DNA of 64,000 nt from Candidatus Hodarchaeaceae archaeon (GCA_030018135.1 JASEGJ010000001.1:64001-128000), one strand, 5' to 3'. Counted from the first letter of the stretch, positions 20,500 through 35,931 are shown. Notes: generated from the sequence alone by a model not told the origin. A program made the numbers and translations.

Positions 20500-21762
20500 C
20501 TATTTCGCGGGCGTTAAGTCTATGCAAACGCCAGCCGCGATGGTCATGCCCATGTCGCGTATCGCAAAGCGGCTTAGCTGCGGGATTTCGGCCGCCCTTT
20601 CTATCACCATGGGCTTGGTCGGCGTAACCTTGATCGTCGCCATGTCGCCGCGCTTTATGAACTCCGGTTTCTCCTCCAGCACAGCGCCCGTCTTGGGATC
20701 GAGCTTCTGTGTTATCTCGCTTATGGTGCACGCCACCTGCGCCGTGTGCGCATGGAAGACCGGCGTGTAACCCGCGGCCACAACGGTCGGATGCTGCAGA
20801 ACCGCGATTCTTGCCGTGAACTCCTTAACCACAGTTGGGGGCGCCTTTGGGTGCCCGGCGACATCGCCGCGCCTTATCGCCGCCCTATCTATGCCCCTCA
20901 CGTTGAAGCCGATATTGTCGCCCGGAACTGCCTGCGGTATGGTCTCATGGTGCATCTCTATCGACTTGACCTCGCCGCTTACGCCCGCTGGCTCGAAGAC
21001 CACGGTCTCGCCTGCCTTCAGCACGCCCGTTTCAACCCTGCCGACCGGCACCGTGCCAACGCCCGTGATCGAATATACATCTTGCACTGGTATCCTCAGT
21101 GGCTTGTCCATCGGTTTCTCGGGCACGACGAAGCTATCCAGCGATGAAAAGAAAACCTGCCCTGTGTACCACTTCATCTTTTCGCTGGGCTTGACGACGT
21201 TTTCGCCGTGAAATGCTGAGGCTGGCACGAATACGAACTTTTCCGGGTTTCTGTAGCCTATCCCCCTAAGGAGGTCTATTACCTCTCCCTTGAGCTTCTC
21301 AAATACGTCCTGCTTGTACCCGACTAGATCCATCTTGTTTATGGTCACGACGAGCTGCCCGACGCCGAGCGTGAAGGCAAGCGCGGCATGCTCTCGGGTT
21401 TGAGGCATTATGCCGTCGTCCGCCGCAACGACGAGCACGGCGGCGTCCGCCTGGCTGGCGCCTGTGATCATGTTCTTGACGAAGTCCCTGTGGCCGGGAG
21501 CATCGATGACGGTGAAATAGTACTTATCGGTTTCAAACTTTCGGTGGGCGAGATCGATCGTCAATCCGCGCTCTCGCTCCTCCTTAAGGGAGTCCATCAC
21601 CCAGGCAAACTTGAAGGTTTTACCTTTATCACCCATTTCCTCGAATTTTTTGATCACGGATTCCTCAACTAGGCCCTTCTCAAAGAACATGCGACCCAGC
21701 AGGGTGGACTTACCGTGATCCACATGTCCAATTACCACGAGGTTCATATGCGGCTTCGCCAT
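20500..21762 (-). CDS. tuf: Elongation factor 1-alpha
   Basis: [21 protein letters not shown]. Confidence 0.98.
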   Translation of the reverse strand: MAKPHMNLVVIGHVDHGKSTLLGRMFFEKGLVEESVIKKFEEMGDKGKTFKFAWVMDSLKEERERGLTIDLAHRKFETDKYYFTVIDAPGHRDFVKNMITGASQADAAVLVVAADDGIMPQTREHAALAFTLGVGQLVVTINKMDLVGYKQDVFEKLKGEVIDLLRGIGYRNPEKFVFVPASAFHGENVVKPSEKMKWYTGQVFFSSLDSFVVPEKPMDKPLRIPVQDVYSITGVGTVPVGRVETGVLKAGETVVFEPAGVSGEVKSIEMHHETIPQAVPGDNIGFNVRGIDRAAIRRGDVAGHPKAPPTVVKEFTARIAVLQHPTVVAAGYTPVFHAHTAQVACTISEITQKLDPKTGAVLEEKPEFIKRGDMATIKVTPTKPMVIERAAEIPQLSRFAIRDMGMTIAAGVCIDLTPAK

Positions 21763-21823
21763 AATTATCTCCCCCATTAGATTATTCAATATAACTCAAT
21801 AGTCCTATTAAAAAGCATTTCGA

Positions 21824-22429
21824 TTATCTGGCGCCCTTCGCTATTCGCTCGGTTTCTTCCTTCCTCGCTATCGCAAAACTTTTCATGTCGTAGTTAGCGG
21901 CCATTATCAATTCCTCCGCAAGGCATTCCTCGATCGGCTTTTCGCTGTTGAATGATGCCGCAAATGCCCCCGCTGCCAAATTTTTGAGCGCCACATCGAG
22001 CCTCCTCTGGGGGGCGGAATCCACAGCAACGTGATAGGTGATCCCGCCGTAGCTTATCCTAGTTGTTTCCTCCCGCGGGGCGGTATTTTGTATCGCATCG
22101 ACCAAAACTTGAATTGGATTCTTCTTCGCTCGCTGCTCGACAATTTCAAGGGCCTTGCGCACTATGTCGTGGGCCTTGTGTTTCTTGCCGCATGCCCCAG
22201 CCCCGCGGATGAATTTGCCTCCCAGTTTTCTGACGCCTGGACCAGAGCGCATCACTTTATTTATCAACCGCTCGACGATTGGGATCTCGGCCTTACCAAA
22301 TTGCTTGTCCGCATGTCTTCCGCCAGCATGTAGAACTAAACTGGGTTGTAGACGAATATATCGCCCAAGTCCTCGGTCTTTTATCACGATATCATCCACT
22401 CGCCACTTTCCAAAATATTTAAGCTCCAT
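21824..22429 (-). CDS. rps7: 30S ribosomal protein S7
   Basis: IVERLINK, NPIQVLV, PREETT, ERIA. Confidence 0.97.
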   Translation of the reverse strand: MELKYFGKWRVDDIVIKDRGLGRYIRLQPSLVLHAGGRHADKQFGKAEIPIVERLINKVMRSGPGVRKLGGKFIRGAGACGKKHKAHDIVRKALEIVEQRAKKNPIQVLVDAIQNTAPREETTRISYGGITYHVAVDSAPQRRLDVALKNLAAGAFAASFNSEKPIEECLAEELIMAANYDMKSFAIARKEETERIAKGAR

Positions 22430-22433
22430 GCCA

Positions 22434-22871
22434 TCACCGAGTCGGCTTCTCCTTGCGGCCCTTGACCAATTCCTTCAGCGAGACGCCATTTACTTTTACC
22501 ACCTTGTATCGCACGCCGGGGATGTCCCCCTTTGCCCCTCCCTTCGCGCCCCCGATGCCCTCGACGACGACCTCATCGTGCTCGTCAATGAAACTGATCG
22601 CGCCATCCCCAGGGGCGAAAGCTGTGACCTGTCTCCCATTTTTGATGATTTGGACCCTCACGCATTTTCTAATCGCGGAGTTCGGTTGCTTTGCCTCGAC
22701 CCCCACTTTCTCGAGAACGATGCCTCTGCCCTGCGGGGCCCCCTCCAAGGGGTCTGCCTTCTCGTCCAAGCGCAACACTCGGCGCTTGTAATCGGCATCC
22801 TTCCACCTGAACCTCTGCCGCCTGTGGCTTATTTTCCGAGCCGCAAACTCGCCCCTAGAACCCTTGCTCAT
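22434..22871 (-). CDS. rps12: 30S ribosomal protein S12
   Basis: [24 protein letters not shown]. Confidence 0.98.
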   Translation of the reverse strand: MSKGSRGEFAARKISHRRQRFRWKDADYKRRVLRLDEKADPLEGAPQGRGIVLEKVGVEAKQPNSAIRKCVRVQIIKNGRQVTAFAPGDGAISFIDEHDEVVVEGIGGAKGGAKGDIPGVRYKVVKVNGVSLKELVKGRKEKPTR

Positions 22872-22918
22872 TTTACCACCAAGTCTTAGATAGCACTTAA
22901 CCTTGAAACCTTAAAAGC

Positions 22919-23347
22919 TCACGTTAGAAAAACATCCTGAATTCCGTGATGGCGGAGGGCAAGCATCTTTGCGCGCTGGATGTTCCTGCCGCCGCGACCG
23001 ACCGCCAATCCTTTGTCTTTAGCCTCAACTTCTACAAATGCCAACTTCTTGCCCTCGCGCTCCACGATGCTGACCCCACTGATCTTTGCTGGAGCAAGAG
23101 CGTTTTTTATTAACTCTGCTGGATCATCCGAATATTCGACGACCTCAATGCTTTTGCCCAGTACCCGCTTGGCCTTTTGAACCCTGCTTCCTCCCTTGCC
23201 TATCGCCAGCCCTATGTCGCCCTGGTTCACTACAAGGATAAGCTTGCCCTCTTTTTCGAAAACCAAACAATCGCGCACGGTCGCACCAGTTAAGCTCTCA
23301 AACAACGCGATGTAGCGCATTTCATCCGCGCCGAGCTTGAAGCCCAT
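22919..23347 (-). CDS. nusA: Archaeal NusA (KH domains)
   Basis: GLAIGKGG, GLAVGRGGRN. Confidence 0.95.
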   Translation of the reverse strand: MGFKLGADEMRYIALFESLTGATVRDCLVFEKEGKLILVVNQGDIGLAIGKGGSRVQKAKRVLGKSIEVVEYSDDPAELIKNALAPAKISGVSIVEREGKKLAFVEVEAKDKGLAVGRGGRNIQRAKMLALRHHGIQDVFLT

Positions 23348-27463
<4,116 letters not shown>

Positions 27464-30400
27464 CTACGCCCTATCCCTCAGCCGCAAACGCGGTGACATG
27501 CACATCGACCGCAACTCGTCGATTAGCAATTTGAACGCATACGACATCTCCACGCCATATATCTCCGAGTCCTCATCGCACACCGGACAATAAACCCGAT
27601 CGCGGCGCTTATCGTGGACCGCAAAGTTACCGCATTTTCCACACACCAAGCCAGTGTACTTATCAGACCCCTCTAGAAGGCGCTCTTTTAACAGCATCGC
27701 TGCGCCGTGTCCGATCAAACAATCGCGCTCCATCTCACCGAAACGCAGGCCGCCCTCACGGGCACGGCCCTCGGTCGGCTGATGCGTCAGGACCTGCATC
27801 GGTCCACGCGAACGAGCATGGAGCTTATCGGCCGCCATGTGATGTAGTTTTTGATAGTAACAAACACCGATAAAAATGTCAACCGTGATCAGCTCACCGG
27901 TTACGCCGCTATACATGACTTCCTTGCCCGTGTGTTTGAAACCGTGTTTTTGTAACATTTCACGCAGCTGCTCTTCATGCGTGCCCTCAAAAGTTGTGCC
28001 ATCTATTCTCCGCCCAGCCATGGCGCCGACCTTGCCAGCTATCATCTCCAGCAACTGTCCAACTGACATGCGCGAAGGTATCGCATGTGGATTTATGATA
28101 AGGTCGGGTACTATCCCGTCCTCGGTAAACGGCATATCCGCTCCATCGAGCACGATGCCTATCACCCCCTTTTGACCGTGCCTAGATGCAAACTTGTCGC
28201 CCACCTCTGGGACGCGCATATCGCGGACGCGGACGCGCGCGAGCTTGTTTCCGTCCACGGTCTCGCTCATGAGCACCATGTCGACAATGCCCTCCTCGCT
28301 CGGCCTAACCCTTATAGAACTTTCACGGCGCCCGTGCTCAACCGCGATGCCGAACTCATCCACCTCTTCGAGGAATCTTGGGGGGCTCGTCCTTCCGATC
28401 AAAACGTCCTCTCCGCGGACCTCGGACTCAACCTCAATTATGCCGTCCTCGCCTAGGTTGCGATACAGGCTTGCATCTGCATAACCCCTGATCTCTTCGC
28501 TAGGGATCTCAAATTTGTCCTCTTGCCCGCCTGGGTAGCGACCTTCCTCCGCCTCGTAAAGCCTGAAGAATGTCGAGCGGCCTAGACCGCGGTCGATCGA
28601 ATTCCTGTTGATTATCAATGCATCCTCCATATTGTAGCCGCCGTACGACATAATCGCAACTACCAAATTTTGTCCAGCTGGCCTACGATCGAATCCTACT
28701 TTATCCATGATCTTTGTCCGGACCAAGGAGGTTTGTGGGTAGTGTAGAAAATGAGCGCGGGTATCGACGCGTTTCTGAAAATTCGTGGACGTCAAGCCAA
28801 GCGCCTGCTTCGCCATGTTGGCACCGTAGGTGTTGCGCGGCGACTGATTATTCTCCGCATACGGAATCAACGCTGCACTTACCCCGAGGATCGCGAGCGG
28901 GTTGAGTTCTAGGTGAGTATGCTCGGGCGTTAAGGTCTTCGGCGAAACTGCGATGTATGAATTTTCTTCCTCCTCTGCGTCGAGGTACTCAATTATCCCG
29001 CCACTAATCAAATCCGACCATGTGAGTTCGCCAGCCTTGACCTTTTCTATATGCTCCGGTGTCAAGAGCGGCTTTCCGCCCGCCACTACGATCAAAGGCC
29101 TGCGAACACGGCCGGAGTCGGTGTTGATCACCACTTCATTTGTGTCCTCCTTATAGGCGATGTTCACCTGCTCATCAATGCTGCCCTTGCGCCGGTACTG
29201 CCTCAGCTCTGCTGCTAATACTTGTCCGTTTTCCGTCACCCCGATCAGACGTCCATTGATGTAAACGCTGACCTTGCCTCGGCGCTCGCTTCCTTTCTGC
29301 ACCTTCATAACGCCTAGCTTGTACAAAATGCGTTCAACCTTCTCCTCGTCCGTACCAGTTGATATCCCCGCAAGCAGGGCGAGATTTTTTACCAACCCGC
29401 AGTTCGGACCTTCTGGGGTCTCACACGGACAAATTTTGCCCCAGTGGGTCGGGTGCAGGTCGCGGGCCTCGAAATGCGGTTGACTGCGGCTTAGCGGCGA
29501 TACCACGCGACGCAGGTGTGATATGGTGGCGATGTAATTCGTGCGGTCCAGCAGTTGACTAACTCCAGTCCGTCCGCCCGGCCAATTGCCAGTAGCCAAT
29601 GCGTGCCTGATCCGCTCCGTGAGTACATCGGCTCGTGCTGCGGTTTTTATATTGGGCTCCCGGCCGCGCGCGTTAGCGCGCTCAAGCTGATACTTGATAT
29701 CGCGGGTTAGGTTGATGAAAGCCAATCTAAACACATTCTCAAGCAAATCGCCGGCCAGCTTCAAGCGCTTGTTGGCATAGTGGTCTTTATCGTCAACACT
29801 GCGCCGCCCCAACGCTAATTCAATTACCCGCTCCGCCATGCGGCCGAGGTAATGGGCCTTGTAAACGCGATCGGCTGGGCGTGAACCGATGTGCGGGAGT
29901 AGATATCTATCCAGAACCTCTTGGGCGCGGTGTAGCCGGTACTCCTTAGTCTGCCCAATCGCAACCCTTCGGCCAATCAGATCAAGCGCCTCTTCCCTCG
30001 ACTTTACCTCTACCGCCTCCTGCAAATTTTCAAAGAGTTCTTTGGCGATTTCAGGGTCGTCTGAAACCGCATCAACTATTTCGCGATCGCTCTCGAGCCC
30101 GAGCGCGCGCATTAACACCACAAATGGTACATGACCCGGCAGGGCGGGGAAGGAGACGCGTAACAGGCCATCCTTCTTGCGCTCAACGATAACCAGTGCT
30201 CGAAACCCGTGATGGGTTGAGAATACCTTTGCCACCTCGGTTGCCGTGCGTTCATCGCGTTCTACCAAAATCAGGTTTGATGCCAAGTCCTCCTGCGTGA
30301 CGATCACGCGCTCAGAGCCGTTGACTATAAAATAGCCGCCAGGGTCGAGCGGATCCTCACCAGCTGCGATCAACTCCTCCTCGCTCATCTTGCTCAACGC

Positions 30401-30775
30401 GCAGAGCTTCGACTTCAACATCACGGGCATCTCGCCGATATTAACATCAGCTGGCTCGCGCTCGTGTCCCTTGACGACGGGAATCATTTCCAAGTAAATT
30501 GGCGCGGAATACGAAAGATTGCGTAGCCTCGCCTCGTTCGGCAATATTTGCGGGCGTGAACCATCCGCCTCTTTGACCCTTGGTTTTTCGAGCCTTATCC
30601 TGCCAAACTTGATGTAAAGCCCTTCTATCTCAAGCTCGATGCCTCCGGCCTCATCGATTATTTGTTGGAGTTTGTGCTCGATGAAATCATTATATGAATC
30701 CAAGTGTTGTCTCACGAGCCCCTTTTCCTTGAAGAAAGCTTCAAGCAGGGGCCATGTATCCCACGTTGCTTGCAA
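27464..30775 (-). CDS. rpoB: RNA polymerase subunit B (unsplit)
   Basis: [23 protein letters not shown]. Confidence 0.98.
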   Translation of the reverse strand: MQATWDTWPLLEAFFKEKGLVRQHLDSYNDFIEHKLQQIIDEAGGIELEIEGLYIKFGRIRLEKPRVKEADGSRPQILPNEARLRNLSYSAPIYLEMIPVVKGHEREPADVNIGEMPVMLKSKLCALSKMSEEELIAAGEDPLDPGGYFIVNGSERVIVTQEDLASNLILVERDERTATEVAKVFSTHHGFRALVIVERKKDGLLRVSFPALPGHVPFVVLMRALGLESDREIVDAVSDDPEIAKELFENLQEAVEVKSREEALDLIGRRVAIGQTKEYRLHRAQEVLDRYLLPHIGSRPADRVYKAHYLGRMAERVIELALGRRSVDDKDHYANKRLKLAGDLLENVFRLAFINLTRDIKYQLERANARGREPNIKTAARADVLTERIRHALATGNWPGGRTGVSQLLDRTNYIATISHLRRVVSPLSRSQPHFEARDLHPTHWGKICPCETPEGPNCGLVKNLALLAGISTGTDEEKVERILYKLGVMKVQKGSERRGKVSVYINGRLIGVTENGQVLAAELRQYRRKGSIDEQVNIAYKEDTNEVVINTDSGRVRRPLIVVAGGKPLLTPEHIEKVKAGELTWSDLISGGIIEYLDAEEEENSYIAVSPKTLTPEHTHLELNPLAILGVSAALIPYAENNQSPRNTYGANMAKQALGLTSTNFQKRVDTRAHFLHYPQTSLVRTKIMDKVGFDRRPAGQNLVVAIMSYGGYNMEDALIINRNSIDRGLGRSTFFRLYEAEEGRYPGGQEDKFEIPSEEIRGYADASLYRNLGEDGIIEVESEVRGEDVLIGRTSPPRFLEEVDEFGIAVEHGRRESSIRVRPSEEGIVDMVLMSETVDGNKLARVRVRDMRVPEVGDKFASRHGQKGVIGIVLDGADMPFTEDGIVPDLIINPHAIPSRMSVGQLLEMIAGKVGAMAGRRIDGTTFEGTHEEQLREMLQKHGFKHTGKEVMYSGVTGELITVDIFIGVCYYQKLHHMAADKLHARSRGPMQVLTHQPTEGRAREGGLRFGEMERDCLIGHGAAMLLKERLLEGSDKYTGLVCGKCGNFAVHDKRRDRVYCPVCDEDSEIYGVEMSYAFKLLIDELRSMCMSPRLRLRDRA

Positions 30776-30785
30776 TTTATCCCCC

Positions 30786-31025
30786 CTACCCTTCCGTTAC
30801 GTATCTGTAAATTATGGCCTTTCCGGCGGTTAAGCTATCGCGCGTGATTTTAACGATATCCCCTAGCTTGGCTCCGATGGCCTTAGCTACCGGATCTGAT
30901 GCCTTGACCAATGGAAGTTGATGGGGCGAGACCCTAAACTTTTCGAGGATCTCACGCGCTTTCTCGGGCGGCATCACTTCATGTTTCGGCACGAGCACAT
31001 GCCTTCTTACGTCGAACTCTACCAT
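30786..31025 (-). CDS. rpoH: RNA polymerase subunit H
   Basis: [17 protein letters not shown]. Confidence 0.96.
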   Translation of the reverse strand: MVEFDVRRHVLVPKHEVMPPEKAREILEKFRVSPHQLPLVKASDPVAKAIGAKLGDIVKITRDSLTAGKAIIYRYVTEG

Positions 31026-31062
31026 CCCGCTCCCCCAATAGTGACAACCACGTCCTCCGCAA

Positions 31063-31137
31063 CGGGCCCGGAGGGATTCGAACCCTCGACTCCCGGCTTA
31101 AAAGGCCGGTGCGCTAGCCAGACTGCGCCACGGGCCC
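31063..31137 (-). tRNA. tRNA-Lys(TTT)
   Basis: Cloverleaf, CCGGC-CTTTTAA-GCCGG. Confidence 0.95.
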
Positions 31138-31238
31138 CACATAGGTAGGAAATGGCTGAAAACTTTTTGTATTTATTTTTTTCGTCATTTTAAATTCATC
31201 ACCCCCTGATTTAAGGCTTTCGAGTTTTAAAAAGGAGG

Positions 31239-31339
31239 CGCCCCGGGCGGGATTTGAACCCGCGTCGCCGGCTCGACAGGCCGACATGATTGGCCTTCGG
31301 GCTCAAAGCTCGAATTAGACCCGACTACACTACCGGGGC
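31239..31339 (-). tRNA. tRNA-Asp(GTC) with 26-nt D-loop intron (31290..31315, position 21/22)
   Basis: GGUC UA^A UUCG..CGAA GGCC AA^U; anticodon loop CTGTCGA. Confidence 0.92.
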
Positions 31340-31399
31340 ACCGAGTTATTTCTCACCACGGTAGTTATCTGTTTTCCCCCTTTAACTTGACGGCTTCGG

Positions 31400-32083
31400 T
31401 CACCCAAAAACCTTTAGAATATTCGGGTCGGTAAGGTCCTCGAACAGGTGGTCGGGCTTGTGTTTCATCAATTCCTCCTTTGAGTGAAAGCCCGTCGCCA
31501 CCGCGATGGTCATGGCATCATGGGGCTTGCCGCACTCGATATCGTGAGTTGAATCTCCCACTATCACCAAATCCTTCGCTAGAAACTCCCTGCCGAATCT
31601 ATATTTTGCCTCCGCCATCGCTTTTCCCACCAGCTCGGCCCTGTCCTTCGCCCCTGAGCCATAGACAAATAAATCAAAATATCCCTCAAGCCCACTTCCC
31701 CTCAAGATGCCCTGCGTTATCCCCTCCGTATTCCCCGTCAATACGCCCAAGCGATGGCCTCTCTTCTTGAGGTTTGCCAGCAGCTCCCTCACGCCCGGCA
31801 GAACCTTCACTTTCCCCTCTGCGGCGGATTCTTGGAAAAAGGCCTCCAATTTCCTTACGGCGTCTGCCAATTTCCGTTTTACCTCCTTTTTGGGAATCCC
31901 TTTGAGCCCCGCTATTTCCTCAATTATGTTTGGGGTTATCTTTCCCCAAAATTCTATGTCGGTCAGCTTGGCGTTTACGCCGAATACCTCCCCGAACATC
32001 CTTTCGTATGCAACTTCATGGTGAGGTAGCGCATCCACCAGGGTTTGATCCACATCGAACAGGATCAGCTTCATCAAATCCAC
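31400..32083 (-). CDS. HAD-superfamily hydrolase
   Basis: LFDVDQTL, LTGN, VGDSTHD. Confidence 0.9.
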   Translation of the reverse strand: MDLMKLILFDVDQTLVDALPHHEVAYERMFGEVFGVNAKLTDIEFWGKITPNIIEEIAGLKGIPKKEVKRKLADAVRKLEAFFQESAAEGKVKVLPGVRELLANLKKRGHRLGVLTGNTEGITQGILRGSGLEGYFDLFVYGSGAKDRAELVGKAMAEAKYRFGREFLAKDLVIVGDSTHDIECGKPHDAMTIAVATGFHSKEELMKHKPDHLFEDLTDPNILKVFG

Positions 32084-32138
32084 ATAACCCTACGCCCCGG
32101 TTAATAAGGCCTTTGAACTTTGAGCTTGAGCGAAAAGT

Positions 32139-32263
32139 GGGCTGGCAGCGTCCTAGGGCTCCCGCACCCTCTCGGAGTGCAGTACTGCCTAGATCGCTGG
32201 CGGGCTTATCTTCGGCGTTCGGAATGAGAGCCGGAGTTTCCCCGTCGCTATGGCCGCCAACCC
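32139..32263 (-). rRNA. rrf: 5S rRNA
   Basis: GGCGGCCATAGCG...CATTCCGAAC..GAAGATAAGCC...AGTACTG..GGGAG; terminal helix pairs. Confidence 0.93.
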
Positions 32264-32370
32264 ATCAAAATTTGGCCCTTATGCTTATAAAAGGATGAGT
32301 AATCCGCAAACGACAATTTTGCAAAATACCCTGTTCGCTGCCGATCCTTGTTGGAACAAAAAGCTTGTGA

Positions 32371-32502
32371 TGGTCCCGCGGGCCGGATTTTCAGTGGCTC
32401 TGCCACGTTTGAACCGGCGACATGTCGGTACCTATCTTTTGGGTCTTTGGCCCGCCTCACGGCGAACAGCCGACCACTCTAACCAGGCTGAGTTACCGCG
32501 GG
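32371..32502 (-). tRNA. tRNA-Tyr(GTA) with three introns: 32447..32465 (35/36), 32430..32444 (37/38), 32388..32407 (59/60)
   Basis: C1-G72 acceptor CCCGCGG, A73, CCA encoded; each intron has a 4-bp helix plus 3-nt bulges. Confidence 0.88.
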
Positions 32503-32539
32503 GACCGAGTAAAGTTAGGATTTTCAAATTCTTAAACCT

Positions 32540-33646
32540 TCAGAAAAAATCATGTAACCTTCGAATCGCATCGAGCTTTTCCCTTCGCTCGAGCTTAGCG
32601 CCATCGAGCGCTCTCTCTAAAATTTCGGTGGTTCGCTGATACGTCGCCTTGTCGACGGGATAGGGCACGCCGTCCTTGCCCCCGTGCGCGAAGCTAAAAC
32701 GAATGGGATCCCGCCAAGAGGGCGGCTTGCCGTAAATCAGGTCCGAAACCAAGGCCAAGGCCCTTATCGTCTTCGGCCCTATTCCCTGGATGGCGACCAG
32801 TTCCTCGTAATTTGAAGGCTGTAGCTCATAAGCACGCTGCAGCGCGGCCATTGTCCGCTCGGTCAACTCTGTAATTCCGTGCTGAGTTGGCATGATGAGG
32901 GTTAGAACTTGAGGCGAGCGCGCTAGGTATTCATCGAGCGACCGCTGTTCTGCCTCTCGAACGTAAACTACTACCCGCCTCGGATCGTCGCGCACGAGAT
33001 CTAAACTGGCCTTTCTCGTTTCCTCGCTCTCATGCGCAGTCATATCAAGCACGAGGTCTTCTCTACGATCTCCAGCGATGCCCGAGTGCGGCTCCTCGAC
33101 GAAGCTGCGGACGCCCTCGGAGAGCCAGTGATAGCGCCTCGCCAGCCTATCGTGCATACCCTGTTGCACGACCGCCCAGTCGCCGTCCTCGCTGAGCACG
33201 AAGCAGTGATGGTAGAGCTGGTAGCCGTCCTGCACGCATGCGTTGTCCACCTTGGCCGCCATCCGGCTAGCGTATTTTAGTCTCTCAATCTTTTGAGAGG
33301 ATATGGAAAAGACATCGCCGAGCTTCTCTATCTCGCTGGGGGTTCGCCTCGAGACCCTACCCTTCCCCCCGCACACCGCGATGCCCAGCTCATCCGGCCT
33401 TATCGCCTCCTTCAGCGCGCCCATTGTAACGGTGCTCAGTCCCGATGAATGCCAATCATATCCTAACACACAACCAAATGCTTGAAGGAAAAAAGGGTCG
33501 CCCAACCTCCGGAGGAACTCTTGCTTACCGTACTCGTGGACGATAATTTTACTTGTAGCTCCAGCTAGCCTTCTCATTCGGCTGAAAAGCCACGGGGGGC
33601 ACCTGCCACCATGCAACGGCAGCTCAGCGATGCCGGTCCTTTTCAT
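32540..33646 (-). CDS. DUF763-family protein
   Basis: LPLHGGRCPPWL, DWHSSG, FAHGGKDGVPYPV. Confidence 0.9.
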   Translation of the reverse strand: MKRTGIAELPLHGGRCPPWLFSRMRRLAGATSKIIVHEYGKQEFLRRLGDPFFLQAFGCVLGYDWHSSGLSTVTMGALKEAIRPDELGIAVCGGKGRVSRRTPSEIEKLGDVFSISSQKIERLKYASRMAAKVDNACVQDGYQLYHHCFVLSEDGDWAVVQQGMHDRLARRYHWLSEGVRSFVEEPHSGIAGDRREDLVLDMTAHESEETRKASLDLVRDDPRRVVVYVREAEQRSLDEYLARSPQVLTLIMPTQHGITELTERTMAALQRAYELQPSNYEELVAIQGIGPKTIRALALVSDLIYGKPPSWRDPIRFSFAHGGKDGVPYPVDKATYQRTTEILERALDGAKLERREKLDAIRRLHDFF

Positions 33647-33857
33647 CGTAATCGGTTAAATTTTGATTTTTTGAAGGTAAAAGTATCGCACTCAATCGGA
33701 AAGTCAAATGTCTTACGTAAGACATCCTAACCCGCTTAGAACGCACCTGATGTAAAACAAGATGTCTGAGTTAGGACATCGTGGCCACGATTTGGGAACC
33801 TACCCCAAAGTAACCCGGCCGAAGAATTTGGCCGAAATGCGGATTTGCCGCCGTCAG

Positions 33858-34073
33858 TCATTTCGTCAGGTAGTAGCCCGCTGCCTTCTGCCGCGCGACC
33901 CTCTTTGCAAAGCCCTTCGCCACGAGCTCCATCAAGGCGTTGTTAGTCATGCCCTTCGGCAGGCCGCTTGCGCGCATGACATCGTCCGCCGTCTTGAGCG
34001 CGTCCGGGCTGGTCGAGCCGAGCTTCTTCAACGCATCGTACACCTTCTTGCCAGCAGGCGTCAGGTCCGCCAT
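33858..34073 (-). CDS. Small basic winged-helix protein
   Basis: About 71 aa, KVYDALKK..TADDVM..SGLPKG..NALMELVAKG. Confidence 0.75.
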   Translation of the reverse strand: MADLTPAGKKVYDALKKLGSTSPDALKTADDVMRASGLPKGMTNNALMELVAKGFAKRVARQKAAGYYLTK

Positions 34074-34103
34074 TCTTTTCACCCAATTTTCGCTCCTTTT
34101 TTG

Positions 34104-34973
34104 TCAGCGCTTGGGTTTAAAACCCTTACCTACTCGAATCTCCAAGCTCATATCCATGGCTGGCGCCCTAAACGTCATGTAGCTGGAGGATAATATGTCC
34201 ACGCCTGTCGCTGCATACTTTGCCACGTTCGCTAAATCAAGCTCGCCGGAGGCCTCGAGCAGCACGCGCTCGCGCAACCCTCGCTCGATCAACAGCCGCA
34301 CCGCGCGCTTTATCTCGGCTGGTGTCATGTTGTCGAACATTAAGATGTCTGCTCCTGCCTCCGCTGCCTTGGGTGCATCCCCTGGCTTTCTCACCTCGAT
34401 TTCAACCTTCTTCGAAAAGCTAGCACTGCGCGCCCGGCGGATGGCCTCGGCAACTCCGCCGGCGAGCTTGACATGGTTGTCCTTGATCAACACACAGTCG
34501 TCCAACCTGAATCTGTGGGTATCGCCGCCGCCGAGCCTCACCGCACGTTTGTCGAAGTAGCTGAGCAACGGCATGACCTTGCGGGTCGCGGCGAGTATGA
34601 TGTCCGGCTTGACCCGGCGAGCCTTTTCGAGCATTTCGCTGGTCGAGGTCGCCACCCCGCTCATTCGCATCAGTAAGTTCAACGCCGTTCGCTCGGCAAC
34701 CAAGATGGATCGGGCTGGGCCCTCCAACTTCATCACGACATCACCGGGTTTGATTGGTTTTCCATCGGATTCCATGGCCTTTATGAGCACGCCGACCTCC
34801 TCGAAAGCTAGGGCCGCCTCAACCACGCCTGCGAGTATCCCATGTTGCTTCGCAACAATTTCAGCGGTGACCACCGCTTCAGGCGGCACGACGGTTTCGG
34901 TGGTTATGTCCCCGAAGCCTATATCCTCGGCCAACATCTTCCTAATTTTCATCTTCGCGAGTACATTAGTCAC
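34104..34973 (-). CDS. nadC: Quinolinate phosphoribosyltransferase
   Basis: EDIGFGDIT, ATRK, HRFRLDD..LIKDNH, EASG. Confidence 0.95.
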   Translation of the reverse strand: MTNVLAKMKIRKMLAEDIGFGDITTETVVPPEAVVTAEIVAKQHGILAGVVEAALAFEEVGVLIKAMESDGKPIKPGDVVMKLEGPARSILVAERTALNLLMRMSGVATSTSEMLEKARRVKPDIILAATRKVMPLLSYFDKRAVRLGGGDTHRFRLDDCVLIKDNHVKLAGGVAEAIRRARSASFSKKVEIEVRKPGDAPKAAEAGADILMFDNMTPAEIKRAVRLLIERGLRERVLLEASGELDLANVAKYAATGVDILSSSYMTFRAPAMDMSLEIRVGKGFKPKR

Positions 34974-35898
34974 GCGTTGCCCTCCCGGATAACTCAAGCA
35001 TGCGCTCGATCGCCCCACGGGCGCGATCTGCCAATTTTGGTGGCACGTGCACCTCATTTTTCCTATCTCTAAGGGCTAGGTAAACCTTTTGCAGGGTATG
35101 CTTTTTCATCTGCTCGCAAATCGCGGAGTTGAGCGCGGGCATGAACTCCTTGTCCGGATTTTCGCGCCTTAGCCGCTCGAGCATCCCAACCTCAGTTCCG
35201 ATGATAAATCGCTTGGCTGGCGACGCCCTCGCGCGAAGGAGCATTTGGCTAGTACTGCAGATATGCGTGGCGAGCTGCTGAACCTCGGGGTCGCATTCGG
35301 GGTGGACAATTACCTCGCCGTCAGGATATTTTTCCTTCAGCAGGGCGATGTCGGCGGGCGTGAACATCTTGTGTACGTAGCAATGGCCATTTTCCGGGAT
35401 CGGCACGATCGTCTTGTCCGTGCGACGCTGGGTGAACCAAGCTAGATTGCGATCCGGCCCGAACAAAATTTTTTCCTCGTCGAGCCCATCCACCACCTGC
35501 GGTGCGTTTGCGGAGGTGCAAGCAATATCCGCCTCCGCCTTTGCCTCGGCGAGGGTATTCACATACAACACCACGGCCGCCTGTGGATGTTTTTTCCTTG
35601 CCTCCCGTACCGCACTTGCCGGAAGCTGCGCCGCCATCGGGCACCTCGCCCTTGGATCTGGAATTAATACTGTTTTATCTGGGTTCAGCAGAGCCGCCGT
35701 CTCGGCCATAAAATTCACGCCGCAAAGCAGGATCAAGTCGGCATCCACCTTCGCCGAATACCTCGCCAGGTCCAACGAGTCCCCTATGTAATCCGCGATG
35801 AGTTGAATCTCGGGGCGTTGATAGTTGTGCGCAAGGATGGCCGCACCCCTCCTCTCCTTCAGCTCCGCTATCCTGCGGTTCAACTCTGCGATGTCCAT
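34966..35898 (-). CDS. nadA: Quinolinate synthase
   Basis: AHNYQ, CGVNFMAE, YVNT, HPEC. Confidence 0.96.
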   Translation of the reverse strand: MDIAELNRRIAELKERRGAAILAHNYQRPEIQLIADYIGDSLDLARYSAKVDADLILLCGVNFMAETAALLNPDKTVLIPDPRARCPMAAQLPASAVREARKKHPQAAVVLYVNTLAEAKAEADIACTSANAPQVVDGLDEEKILFGPDRNLAWFTQRRTDKTIVPIPENGHCYVHKMFTPADIALLKEKYPDGEVIVHPECDPEVQQLATHICSTSQMLLRARASPAKRFIIGTEVGMLERLRRENPDKEFMPALNSAICEQMKKHTLQKVYLALRDRKNEVHVPPKLADRARGAIERMLELSGRATRD

Positions 35899-35931
35899 CT
35901 AAATCCCCAGCAACAGCTTTCGGCGGGCAAA

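Noticed and set aside
32430-32470. Reading the tRNA as Asn(GTT) with one long intron
   Set aside because: It would give C37. The C1-G72 pair, A73 and the two-step BHB solution indicate Tyr(GTA).
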